A stretch of DNA of 64,000 bases from Escherichia coli (GCF_024700885.2 NZ_CP117014.1), one strand, 5' to 3'; shown: positions 20,490 to 29,684, counted from the first letter of the stretch. Numbers and translations are program-made. The notes: generated from the sequence alone by a model not told the origin.

Positions 20490-21257
20490 TCACCCCATAG
20501 ATATCGAGGTTTCGGTAATAATACGTTTTGCGTCCAACTCCCATGCTGTGATCACGTCTGTAATCACACTTATCGGCGCTTGTGTGGCATAAATACGCTC
20601 TTCTCCAATTGGTGCTGAAACATCCGTAAAGCCGACTTCTTTGGCATCCTGTATCGAGCAAATCAGCGGGACCGGGACACGAACAAGGTGAGTGGTTGCT
20701 TCAAATTGTGTACCTGTCATCAGGCGAAGCCGTGCGCCCAGCGAATTACACATCAGACTCATGGTCGCTTTATCAGTTGCCATTAACGTAACGTCATACG
20801 TCAGAATGGCCTGGGTGTATTCCAGTTCTGCTAAAGGCATTCCGGTATCCGGTTCGCAAAAACTGGCTACTTTTTTGCGGTCAATCTGCTGATCATCGTT
20901 GATATAATTGATATCCATAGTGCGTGAGATATTGACCAGGGGGAGAGCATCCCGGTTAATGTTCTGGTTTTCAGGTTTTCTCCCTTGCCCGGCATTTGCG
21001 CGACGAACTGCTTTAAGAAACTCGATCGCATTGTCGAAACGGGCCACATAGACACGCTCTGCTGGTGGACGATTCAGGAATGACGCAAAGCGTTTTTCTT
21101 CCGGCGCGGGGGCCACCAGTAAGATATCAGAAAAGATATTGCTGATTAGCGTAGCAAACGCGTTATCCACGTTTTCAAAGCCCGTGGTCTGGAATTTCCC
21201 TGTGCGTGAGGTTTGCCATTCACCTGTTCGCGCCAGGAGGGTTTTATTTGAAGTCAT
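20490..21257 (-). CDS. Putative baseplate/tail protein (255 aa)
   Basis: ORF in same operon. Confidence 0.3.
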   Translation of the reverse strand: MTSNKTLLARTGEWQTSRTGKFQTTGFENVDNAFATLISNIFSDILLVAPAPEEKRFASFLNRPPAERVYVARFDNAIEFLKAVRRANAGQGRKPENQNINRDALPLVNISRTMDINYINDDQQIDRKKVASFCEPDTGMPLAELEYTQAILTYDVTLMATDKATMSLMCNSLGARLRLMTGTQFEATTHLVRVPVPLICSIQDAKEVGFTDVSAPIGEERIYATQAPISVITDVITAWELDAKRIITETSISMG

Positions 21258-22087
21258 TCGATCACTCCGTTTTGAGTCGTATCAAAATTTCTGGCAGGTA
21301 TGCAGTAGTAAAGCGAACCAACATGTTGTGTGCCGTAGCTAAAAATACGGTGCACGTACCACCAGCGGCGGGCTACGCCGTTTACCATCTCTTCATTCCA
21401 TTCAAGAATTGATCCGACGGGGACGTTATTTGCTGCAATACGCAGAATCAGAACATCATCGGTTAAGCCATCCTGCTCACCGTCTGCGTCAATCGCATGG
21501 AAAGAGTCACGCCCGTCAGGGTTATCCAGCACATAAACGATTTCAGGTTCCTGGTAAGTCAGTTCGCGTTGGTTGTTATCCAGTTCAGTGAATGACTCTT
21601 CTCCTGTTTCGTCGCTGACTACCCCATATGTGCCAACATCTGGTCGATATAAGAGAGCCTGAAACGCGTCTGGGCTGGATTCAATAATCAGCATCCAGTC
21701 TGCGCGGATTTGGTCGTTAAAGGCTTTATGCCCGTTATAGCGTGCTTTTAGCTGTGGCGTCGGTTCTCTGCCAGCCAAGGAAGGTGGAAGTATGGCTATA
21801 TCTGATTCGCCAGCGTCCGGAGTAAGGCCACCGTTGCTATCAGCAAAATTATCATGGCTATCAGCTTCGGCGGTGGATTGCTCTTCCAGAATGCTGAATG
21901 AATCCGGTCCGGCATTGCCATGTTCCGGCGCGCTTCCTGCATCCGCTTCAACCGTCGCTGGCGTTTCTCTCTGCGTGCTGTCATGTTCTGACTCCTTACT
22001 TGCCAGGTTTGCATCGTCAGCAAACCATTCGTCAAAACGGCCCATAAGCATCCTCAAAGGTCGATTTATCAGGTATCGAGGGTGCAT
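21254..22087 (-). CDS. Putative baseplate/tail protein (277 aa)
   Basis: First ORF of operon, overlaps next gene by 4 nt. Confidence 0.3.
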   Translation of the reverse strand: MHPRYLINRPLRMLMGRFDEWFADDANLASKESEHDSTQRETPATVEADAGSAPEHGNAGPDSFSILEEQSTAEADSHDNFADSNGGLTPDAGESDIAILPPSLAGREPTPQLKARYNGHKAFNDQIRADWMLIIESSPDAFQALLYRPDVGTYGVVSDETGEESFTELDNNQRELTYQEPEIVYVLDNPDGRDSFHAIDADGEQDGLTDDVLILRIAANNVPVGSILEWNEEMVNGVARRWWYVHRIFSYGTQHVGSLYYCIPARNFDTTQNGVIE

Positions 22088-22190
22088 TGTCTGGAGATTG
22101 TGATTTCAATTCATATCCCAGCATGGGACTAAAGTGCTTTACATTGTCCCATATTGGAACTACTATACTTTCAGTGAGAAGGAATCTGTG

Positions 22191-22493
22191 ATGAAAATAA
22201 TTTCGGTAAAAACACTAAGGGATTTTTGGGCGAAGAATCCCGATGCAGAACAGCCTTTAAAGGCATGGGTTGATGAAGCAACAAAGGCTGACTGGAAAAA
22301 TCCGGCTGAGATCAAAGAACAGTACCGGACAGCCAGCATCCTTAAAAACAGGCGCGTGGTGTTCAATATTAAGGGAAATGATTACAGGTTAATTGTCGCA
22401 ATTGCTTATCAGCGAGGATGGATGTTCGTTAAGTTTATTGGAACACACAAGGAATACGATGCCATTGACGCGGATACAATAGAACTGGAGTAA
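22191..22493 (+). CDS. higB: HigB-family type II toxin (RelE/ParE fold)
   Basis: 100 aa with conserved ...FNIKGNDYRLI...FIGTHKEYD pattern; toxin-first gene order. Confidence 0.75.
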   Translation: MKIISVKTLRDFWAKNPDAEQPLKAWVDEATKADWKNPAEIKEQYRTASILKNRRVVFNIKGNDYRLIVAIAYQRGWMFVKFIGTHKEYDAIDADTIELE

Positions 22494-22496
22494 ATC

Positions 22497-22856
22497 ATGA
22501 ACATTAAACCTATCCGTACAGAACAAGATTATGAGGCCGCACTGCGTGCGGTCGAACCGATGTTCGATAACGAACCGGAAATGAACACCCCGGAAGGTGA
22601 TTTCTTTGAGGTCATGTGTCTTCTCATTGAGGAGTACGAGAAAAAACATTACCCAATTGAGCCACCATCACCTATTGAAGCCATTAAATTCCGCATGGAA
22701 CAGCAAGGGCTGACCGTGAAGGATCTGGAACCGGCAATTGGTAAGTCAAACCGTGTTTACGAAGTGCTTAATGGGACACGAAATTTGACGTTACCTATGA
22801 TTCGTCGTTTACATGCCCAGTTTGGTATTCCACTGGAAAGTCTGGTTGGTGTTTAA
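22497..22856 (+). CDS. higA: HigA-family antitoxin (XRE-type HTH)
   Basis: 119 aa, starts 4 nt after higB stop; C-terminal HTH-like segment (GLTVKDLEPAIGKSNRVYEVLNG). Confidence 0.75.
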   Translation: MNIKPIRTEQDYEAALRAVEPMFDNEPEMNTPEGDFFEVMCLLIEEYEKKHYPIEPPSPIEAIKFRMEQQGLTVKDLEPAIGKSNRVYEVLNGTRNLTLPMIRRLHAQFGIPLESLVGV

Positions 22857-22916
22857 GTTTTGCGGTCTGGATGACCGCTTTTACATAAAATCAATGTTTA
22901 AATATTTGGTAATTAT

Positions 22917-23648
22917 ATGAGCGCTGATTCATCAATAGAAAAGGAAAACCCCTCTACCAAAAATCTGTTAGAAGACGCTGTAAAAGATAAGTTGTTTAAT
23001 AAGGTTTTTGCCTATATTTTTATTTCATTTTTAATTTCTAACTGGCAAGAAATATTGATTTTGTTTAAATCAAAATATGATATATACACAACACTATCTA
23101 TAGTATGGATTGGTGACAAATATCAAGTCCCTTATTTGGGAACCTTCATTGTACCTCCGTTTTTAGCTCACTTTGTTATGCCGTTTATATATGGCACTGT
23201 TGCGTCCATAGTAATGCCTTATATTACTATGCGTATATCAAAACTAACTGGTAGAAATTATGCGCAAATAAGACATATTGACCGTGAATTTGACTCAAAA
23301 GAGCAAGCAAGATTAGATGAGTTACAGAAAGAAATAGAACAAAAAAAAGATGAGCGTTTAAGTCTAGAAAAGAAAATAGAAGATCAACGTAAATCATTGG
23401 CTAAAATTGAAGGTGAAAAGAAAGAAGTTGAGGACGCTAGAATATCCCTGTTTTATGGGATAAAGGCAATAGTTGATATATATGAAACCAAAGGCGAAAG
23501 CATTTCCACCCAAGAGGATTTTGCTGATTTACTAAAGGCAGTCGAACAAACTGATTTTTATAAAGATACAGGTTTATACGGTATTAATAAATTGGTAGAT
23601 GATGTAAAAAGAATATACGAACATCAATCTATCTTAAATGATAAGTAA
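22917..23648 (+). CDS. Membrane protein with 2-3 N-terminal transmembrane helices and a long charged coiled coil (243 aa)
   Basis: Strongly AT-rich gene; hydrophobic segments (FAYIFISFLISNWQEILILF; FIVPPFLAHFVMPFIYGTVASIVMPYITM) then E/K-rich heptads. Confidence 0.5.
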   Translation: MSADSSIEKENPSTKNLLEDAVKDKLFNKVFAYIFISFLISNWQEILILFKSKYDIYTTLSIVWIGDKYQVPYLGTFIVPPFLAHFVMPFIYGTVASIVMPYITMRISKLTGRNYAQIRHIDREFDSKEQARLDELQKEIEQKKDERLSLEKKIEDQRKSLAKIEGEKKEVEDARISLFYGIKAIVDIYETKGESISTQEDFADLLKAVEQTDFYKDTGLYGINKLVDDVKRIYEHQSILNDK

Positions 23649-23677
23649 TAACATAGGCGGGATAACCGCCTATGTTA
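23648..23677. terminator. Bidirectional hairpin between convergent genes
   Basis: TAACATAGGCGG-gataa-CCGCCTATGTTA inverted repeat. Confidence 0.45.
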
Positions 23678-23681
23678 TCAA

Positions 23682-24878
23682 TCAAGAACCTTTCTTCACA
23701 TACTCCATGAACATTTTTTCAGCCTGCTCAGGTGACGTTCCTGCCATGACAAGCGCATCAATGAACGCCTGCTTCTTCAGTGCGAACTGATCGGCAAGGC
23801 GTTGCTGAAGCTCCTTGTTTTTCTGTTTCTCACGTTGCAAGGCCGCTTCTTTTGCTGCCGCCCGTTTTTTCTGTGCGTCTGACAACTTTCTGGCTTTGGT
23901 CAATTGGTCACGTAGCTTGTCAATTTTGCCGTTGTCCTTTGCCAGTTTTGTGCTTAAAGCGGCCTGGCGCTTCTGATAGAGCCTCCATTCGCGCTTGGCA
24001 GCGTCAACGTTTGTTTTACTGTTGCGATTGCGATTAAACTCCCTCTCGTCTTCTTTTGAGAAGTGTTTGGTTGTACGGCGGCGATCGTCACCAAATGCAA
24101 TTTGCGTTGCGGCCTTTTGTAACGCACGAGCAATACTCATTTGCCAACTGGCGGACTGTAACCGCGTCATTGAGTGGATCACGTGTTTACAGGCGACGCC
24201 TTGTAGCTTAGGGTTACGAACTTTTGGATAGGCGTATTCTTTTGGCGGGGCCAGGGCAAAGTTACCTGCAGTAGCGATGTAACGATACCAGTATTGATGA
24301 CGACCACAGTCACAATCGAAAGACACCCGCCCAGCGCACAGTGATTTAGTGATTTTCAGAGCTGATTTATCGTCTTCTGCGATGTCATCGACCATCTGAT
24401 CCCATTCTTCAAAGCGTATCCGGACGATATGGTGCTGGTGGACGGATATATCCGATGCTTCTACGCGGATATTAATCACGTTGTGGCGAAGAGATACGGG
24501 TGTAGCTCTTTTGATACCAGATCCGTCATCCACGGCGTTATTTGCACGCTTAATATCGATTGCCTGGCTGGATGCCACCAGCTGGGCGTATGTGATGCCA
24601 GCCGTCTTGCTGTCATATTTTTCGCGTGTTTTACTCCGTAGCTTTTCGAAACCTTTCAGGTCGTCTCGCGTGAAGAACGTGCCGCCTTTTTTCTTCCCTA
24701 ACTTGAGAATATCTTCGGCGGATTTGTTCCTCAGTCTACCTGGCGTCAGCGTCCGGTGAGCTTGTCGGCGCTTACGGGTTTGTTCTTTCCTGATAAGGTC
24801 GAATAAACGCGTGAAGTCCTTAGAGGACAGGCCGTCAGTGATATAGCGCCCGTCCTGGTTTTTCAGGAAATCAGGCAT
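23682..24878 (-). CDS. SWIM-type zinc-finger protein with basic N-terminus and K/R/Q-rich coiled-coil C-terminus (398 aa)
   Basis: CDCGRHQYW...(25)...CKHVIH matches a CxC-Xn-CxH SWIM finger. Confidence 0.45.
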   Translation of the reverse strand: MPDFLKNQDGRYITDGLSSKDFTRLFDLIRKEQTRKRRQAHRTLTPGRLRNKSAEDILKLGKKKGGTFFTRDDLKGFEKLRSKTREKYDSKTAGITYAQLVASSQAIDIKRANNAVDDGSGIKRATPVSLRHNVINIRVEASDISVHQHHIVRIRFEEWDQMVDDIAEDDKSALKITKSLCAGRVSFDCDCGRHQYWYRYIATAGNFALAPPKEYAYPKVRNPKLQGVACKHVIHSMTRLQSASWQMSIARALQKAATQIAFGDDRRRTTKHFSKEDEREFNRNRNSKTNVDAAKREWRLYQKRQAALSTKLAKDNGKIDKLRDQLTKARKLSDAQKKRAAAKEAALQREKQKNKELQQRLADQFALKKQAFIDALVMAGTSPEQAEKMFMEYVKKGS

Positions 24879-25200
24879 TTTCTATCTCCGGTTCCGCGCT
24901 CGCGTAATCACGGATCTTGTTCCTCAGCCATGCCACATCAGGAAGAGTTAACGTGGTCCCGGCGGGCATTTCTTCCATTTCTGACTCATGGCCCACCAGC
25001 ACCCGGAATACCCAGCGCAAATCTGCATTGCCATACGCCCGGTAGGCTGCAAGGTCTGAACGATATACTTCATCAATCTTTATCGTGTACTGGAAATTAT
25101 CAGAGTGATACTCCGATACCCGCTTAATCATTTCCTGGTGAAACAGCGCACGAAAAATATCGTCTTCAATGTACCTATCGTCGAGTCTGCTATAGCCCAT
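24871..25200 (-). CDS. Hypothetical protein (109 aa), translationally coupled to SWIM protein
   Basis: 8-nt overlap with downstream gene. Confidence 0.4.
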   Translation of the reverse strand: MGYSRLDDRYIEDDIFRALFHQEMIKRVSEYHSDNFQYTIKIDEVYRSDLAAYRAYGNADLRWVFRVLVGHESEMEEMPAGTTLTLPDVAWLRNKIRDYASAEPEIENA

Positions 25201-25372
25201 AACAAAGCCTCTCAGTCATAACCTGGGGGAAACTGTATGCAGGGTGTGAAATGCGAGAAACAGACAGGTCACCATAAATCCCCTCACTGGTGACAAGTGA
25301 CTTTCATTAATCTTTATGCGGGGGCCAGCTTCATTTGCTGGCATTAGATTAAAAATTAAACGGAGTGAATGA

Positions 25373-25507
25373 CATGGATGTTATATTCGAATTATTAATG
25401 CTAATTGATCTGTTTATGAACGCTTCATTGACCACTCAAATACTCGCGTCAATATTTTTGTTACTCTTCTACCTGGTATTGAGGGAGTTAACAAAGCTAC
25501 TAATGTG
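25373..25507 (+). CDS. Small hydrophobic peptide (44 aa), candidate membrane-active toxin-like peptide
   Basis: MDVIFELLMLIDLFMNASLTTQILASIFLLLFYLVLRELTKLLM; GGAG 12 nt upstream; below the track's 60-aa cutoff. Confidence 0.3.
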
Positions 25508-25508
25508 A

Positions 25509-26162
25509 TCAAAGTATCACGGTATCTTCATCAACTTCTTTCCCAGCCAGTGACTTTGGCTGGGAGGTGCCTGCTTTAACTTTTTCATGCCCAATAATGG
25601 ACAGGAACGAAGCGAGTATGCCTGTTTTTTGCTCTTTCTCGACTGTACCGGTCATCTGCTCTACATAATCTGCACTGGCAACGTTGTGGTATACGGTCGC
25701 GTAGCAACACAGGATCATCAAAATATGCTCCGGCCTGATATCCTGCCAGTTCACCCTGTAGACTTCTTCTCCGTTACCGTTGTATTCGGTATCAACGATA
25801 GAGTCGGGGATTTCGAAAGCACCTTTGTTATTTTGCGGCAGGGATAATAGTTTCTGGAGTTTTAACTCTCTGTATCTTTCCATCCCAACGATGATTGCTG
25901 CTCTACCATCGGCATGACGGGTCTTGAGAGTCACCTGGCTTGCTCCGGTGCCAGCGGAGATCGTTGGCGTAATTTCGTCTACTAGAACCTTAAATTTGCT
26001 TTTCCGCAGGGCTGCTATAGCTGGAGGAATTTTTTGCTTTTGCTCCAATGCTGACGCGGGAAGGGGTTTTACTTCGTTAATAATGAGAGCACCGTCTTTC
26101 AGTATTGCAGTGAGCATTTGAGGCTTGCTGGTGGTCAGGCTGAATATTGCGATCTTTTCCAT
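25509..26162 (-). CDS. Hypothetical protein (217 aa from ATG 26162, GGAGGAAGG RBS)
   Basis: Track ORF extends to 26204 but a strong RBS precedes the internal ATG and a terminator hairpin occupies 26197-26213. Confidence 0.4.
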   Translation of the reverse strand: MEKIAIFSLTTSKPQMLTAILKDGALIINEVKPLPASALEQKQKIPPAIAALRKSKFKVLVDEITPTISAGTGASQVTLKTRHADGRAAIIVGMERYRELKLQKLLSLPQNNKGAFEIPDSIVDTEYNGNGEEVYRVNWQDIRPEHILMILCCYATVYHNVASADYVEQMTGTVEKEQKTGILASFLSIIGHEKVKAGTSQPKSLAGKEVDEDTVIL

Positions 26163-26189
26163 TTTCCTTCCTCCACGGATGACGGATAC

Positions 26190-26213
26190 AAAAAAAGGCC
26201 GCACATGGCGGCC
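26190..26213 (-). terminator. Rho-independent terminator (minus strand)
   Basis: GGCCGC-acat-GCGGCC with A7 on plus strand = U7 tail on minus. Confidence 0.5.
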
Positions 26214-26430
26214 TGCTTTGGCGTTATGACTCCCTACCGCGCTTCGGCTGAAAGTTAATCGTCAAAAGAACCTTCAACGGGAGCCGTTAGCGCGATGGAT
26301 TATGTGCAGTTTGTGATTTCCAAAATAGTGTCAACCACTTTTTGTGGATTTTATTTTTTGACCGAAATTTGGCCTAAATCATGTTGATGTAGTTAATTGT
26401 TTTTATAACATAAAACTTCATTTTGTTTAC

Positions 26431-27054
26431 ATGAAGGATGGTGTAGTGAAGTTAAGGGTTTTAGGGGCCGCGCTCGCGGCTATGTTGGGATGCGTATCTG
26501 CTAATACTGCCAATGCAACTGCGTTACCTGCACAATTCAGGGCAGGGCAGCAGGTTATGAATAATGCTGGTGGGGATCATTCACAAGCGGCCATTATGGA
26601 CTTTTGCAAGAGGGAGGGCATTCCATTACGGCCTGTTGGAACTCAGTTTATTGGTAAAACTGACTTTTGCGTTTTTGCATATACAGCATATCTGACGGAC
26701 AAAGCTATAACAAAAACAGGTTATTCAACCAAAGATACTCTTTCCAGATTAAGTCAGGGATGGCAGCAATTCGAAGTGTATCGCCAGCAAGGATTAGGTG
26801 AGTTATTGCAACCACTTTTTATGCTTGCGTTGGTGCCCGAGGGGCAGCAATTTTTGGTTAAAAAGGGAATGCTTCGCCAAAGTGATATTGCCGGGTTCGA
26901 TAGCATGATGGCTTATGAGCGCAAACTAACCGAGCAGCGAAATAAAAAACCATCTGCTTCATGTGTGCAAAGTAAAACAGCAGAATACAGTGCAGTAGCC
27001 GGGCCTTTAGCCAAACAAATGGCAGAGCAATGGTGTAAAAAATACGGGCAATAA
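26431..27054 (+). CDS. Exported protein with signal peptide (207 aa)
   Basis: N-terminal LGAALAAMLGCVSANTANA signal-like segment. Confidence 0.5.
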   Translation: MKDGVVKLRVLGAALAAMLGCVSANTANATALPAQFRAGQQVMNNAGGDHSQAAIMDFCKREGIPLRPVGTQFIGKTDFCVFAYTAYLTDKAITKTGYSTKDTLSRLSQGWQQFEVYRQQGLGELLQPLFMLALVPEGQQFLVKKGMLRQSDIAGFDSMMAYERKLTEQRNKKPSASCVQSKTAEYSAVAGPLAKQMAEQWCKKYGQ

Positions 27055-27074
27055 GTTACGCAGCGGAGGCAGAA

Positions 27075-27467
27075 TTGAAAAGATTGACAATTGCTTTACT
27101 GGCGTCTTTCCCTTTGATCGCGAGCGCCGGAAATTTACAAGTTAAGTGCGGTCGGTTTGATATAAAAATCTATCCAGATGCCATATTTCTGAATGGGAAT
27201 AAGGTTGATAACGTACACCGAAAAACTGAATCTGACGTAATGAGCTATGTGTTCCAGGAGTATGCGGAGATGGGGGGAACTTACACGCTGTACTCGCTGG
27301 ATGTTCCTTCTCGCGGTGATATGACATTATCCCATCAATGGCAGAACGCCGATGGCGAAGCTCTGCGCGAAGTTAAAACAGAAAAATGTGGCACTTTCCA
27401 TTCTTTTAAAGGGAAAGTGCCAAATGTTAAATCTGTGCTTGAAAAACAGCGCGCAGGTGATTTTTAA
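27075..27467 (+). CDS. Exported protein with signal peptide (130 aa)
   Basis: MKRLTIALLASFPLIASA signal peptide. Confidence 0.5.
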   Translation: MKRLTIALLASFPLIASAGNLQVKCGRFDIKIYPDAIFLNGNKVDNVHRKTESDVMSYVFQEYAEMGGTYTLYSLDVPSRGDMTLSHQWQNADGEALREVKTEKCGTFHSFKGKVPNVKSVLEKQRAGDF

Positions 27468-27489
27468 ACTGTGTTAGCACTTTGAACAT

Positions 27490-27535
27490 GGCGACAACAC
27501 ATCTTGGTGGCTGCGTTGTCGCTGTATGTTTTTAT
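27490..27535 (+). terminator. Rho-independent terminator
   Basis: GCGACAAC...GTTGTCGC stem followed by TGTATGTTTTTAT. Confidence 0.5.
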
Positions 27536-27555
27536 AATATAAAGCATTAAAGTTT

Positions 27556-28185
27556 TCATTTTTGTCGGATCTTTTCCAGCATATTTAATTCATTATCACT
27601 TTCTGCTGCTGAGACGGTTGGCCTCACATTTCCGAAATATTTCCTGTGAGACTCATGACTTATGTATTCACCGACAGTTTCATTCTTGAATATACGAATT
27701 TGACATATGCGAGATCCAACAATAAGTTCTACAGGGCTATTCCCATGATTAAATAACTCTAAAGATATACAGCCTCTGTACCCTGGTTGTATCATGGTAT
27801 TTAATGAAAGACCAAGCCTTGTATAGCTGCTTCTGGACAATACATCAGCGTAGCAATCTGGTGGCAAACAAACATATTCTAATGTTGTTGCCAGTACCAC
27901 TTGATTCGGGTAAACAATGAACCTATCCCCAAGATCTCTCCTTGTTTCCTGGAAAAATGTTCTGATTGGTTGATGAGTATCATTGTTTTTTGAGGGAATT
28001 AACTCTATTGACGGCTTCCTTGTCATAATAGACACTAAAAAATCGTAACCAAGTCTAAGGTCTATGGTGAAGTTTCCAATTTGGTTTTTATTTAGAAGAG
28101 GTTCAATGAACAACGACTCAGGTTCTTCTGATTCATAATATTGCAGCAATTCAGCTTTGCTTAGGAGATTCATTGTGCACTCCAT
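27556..28185 (-). CDS. dCTP deaminase (Dcd/dUTPase-fold) homolog
   Basis: 209 aa collinear with E. coli Dcd: IDLRLG, LATTLEYVCLP, RSSYTRLGL, GYRGCISLELFNHG; putative catalytic Ser/Arg/Glu conserved. Confidence 0.7.
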   Translation of the reverse strand: MECTMNLLSKAELLQYYESEEPESLFIEPLLNKNQIGNFTIDLRLGYDFLVSIMTRKPSIELIPSKNNDTHQPIRTFFQETRRDLGDRFIVYPNQVVLATTLEYVCLPPDCYADVLSRSSYTRLGLSLNTMIQPGYRGCISLELFNHGNSPVELIVGSRICQIRIFKNETVGEYISHESHRKYFGNVRPTVSAAESDNELNMLEKIRQK

Positions 28186-29243
28186 TTTTCAAGAATCATT
28201 ACGTTTCGAATCGATTTTTCAACCAAATCATTTATAGTTTTTTCTATGGCTTCTTTTGACAACCCAGACCATATACCCGTAGGTTTTTCCCATTCAGAGC
28301 ATAAGTACTGCCAGCTGCTGTTAATAAAAGCATGCATTTCATTGTGGTCGCGAATAACAAAAGGACGCACATTATCAAAAGCTGATTTCACATCAAGCAA
28401 AGGTGTCGGCAATGTCAAACAAGGAGAAATAATCTGCCCACCCTTATGTAAGGCTGATATCACAGCATTGAACATGCCAACAACTGGATTTTCCACTTTG
28501 TTCAAAAAGTCGCTTACAATTTTAACTCTATCTTCTGTGGATGGGTGAGTATAGCTTGCAGGATGAGAGCCAGCTAATTTGTATAAGAAATCTACCCCAC
28601 TTTTTCCAATAAATTGGGCACTAAATAGATCTGCAAAATATTCTCTGCAATGATTTATCCAAATAACATCAGGTAGATTACTCCATTCTGGTCCTGGAAG
28701 TGTGCCTTTGTCCTTGGAACGATAGTTAAGACAGGCAAGCTCAGAAATACCTTTGCTAATATCAACGAAATGTCCCAATTCGTGATATAAAGGTATAGAG
28801 CATAATGGTCGTCTTCTGTACATTTCAGGTAATGAAATCTGAATTAATTCGACCTCGAATTTGACATTTAAAACTTCATCAAATAAAGAATACAAATTCT
28901 TGTTTACAGACTTAAAATAAAACCCATGCATATCTGGAGATAGGGCTGTGGTTATAAGTGTTTTTTCACTTATCCATTTTTTACAGGCATCATTTAAGCA
29001 ATAAACAATCTCGTAGGGAATTTTCTTTGTAGTACTGCCAGTGAAAAAATTAACTGCATCGGTGATAAAAAAAGTACAATCCGCAATTATTTTATCAGCA
29101 ACATTCACATGGTTTTCATAGAGCTTATCTACCGCTTCTTGTAGAACAGCAAGATATTCATGCATGTCTTTAGAAAAATAGGGAGATTCTGATATCTCCC
29201 TTAGCTTATTTCGAACTAATGTAAGTTGTGTAAATGCAAGCAT
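28170..29243 (-). CDS. HExxH zinc metallopeptidase-like protein (ImmA/IrrE-like motif)
   Basis: 357 aa; HELGH at residues 154-158 with downstream EYFADLFSAQFI; 16-nt overlap with Dcd-like gene. Confidence 0.5.
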   Translation of the reverse strand: MLAFTQLTLVRNKLREISESPYFSKDMHEYLAVLQEAVDKLYENHVNVADKIIADCTFFITDAVNFFTGSTTKKIPYEIVYCLNDACKKWISEKTLITTALSPDMHGFYFKSVNKNLYSLFDEVLNVKFEVELIQISLPEMYRRRPLCSIPLYHELGHFVDISKGISELACLNYRSKDKGTLPGPEWSNLPDVIWINHCREYFADLFSAQFIGKSGVDFLYKLAGSHPASYTHPSTEDRVKIVSDFLNKVENPVVGMFNAVISALHKGGQIISPCLTLPTPLLDVKSAFDNVRPFVIRDHNEMHAFINSSWQYLCSEWEKPTGIWSGLSKEAIEKTINDLVEKSIRNVMILEKWSAQ

Positions 29244-29548
29244 TAAATGTACTCTAATACATTCCGGGCCATTACGGGTTCTAACATATCTTCGCTAGTT
29301 ACTTTGGTTAGCACCTGGGCGAGCGCCTTAGTGTGGCGTATCTCTACCGCGAGCGAGATGGACTCTCTGTGAGAAGGAATCTGTAATTGATCACCTTTAT
29401 CTACACTTAAGTTTGAGGCTTCTCTGATCACCTCATAAACCCGTAACTTTAACTGCTGTGACACTTCTTGTTGAGATGCTATAAGCTGAAGTACAGTCTT
29501 GATTAACTTCAAAGAATCAGAAGCTTGCTGAGGAACCGCATAGAGCAT
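29243..29548 (-). CDS. Small hypothetical protein (101 aa), first gene of the three-gene operon
   Basis: Stop overlaps start of the metallopeptidase gene; predicted all-alpha. Confidence 0.4.
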   Translation of the reverse strand: MLYAVPQQASDSLKLIKTVLQLIASQQEVSQQLKLRVYEVIREASNLSVDKGDQLQIPSHRESISLAVEIRHTKALAQVLTKVTSEDMLEPVMARNVLEYI

Positions 29549-29684
29549 AACCCCTCCTTTTCCCTTATCTATAACCGCTTTCTTTTTTCTGTGGATGTTA
29601 AAAGTAGAAGCGGTTTTTACCTTTTATAATATATATAGTGTCTAAAACTAATTTTGGCACTATATATGGCATGATATCTATGTT

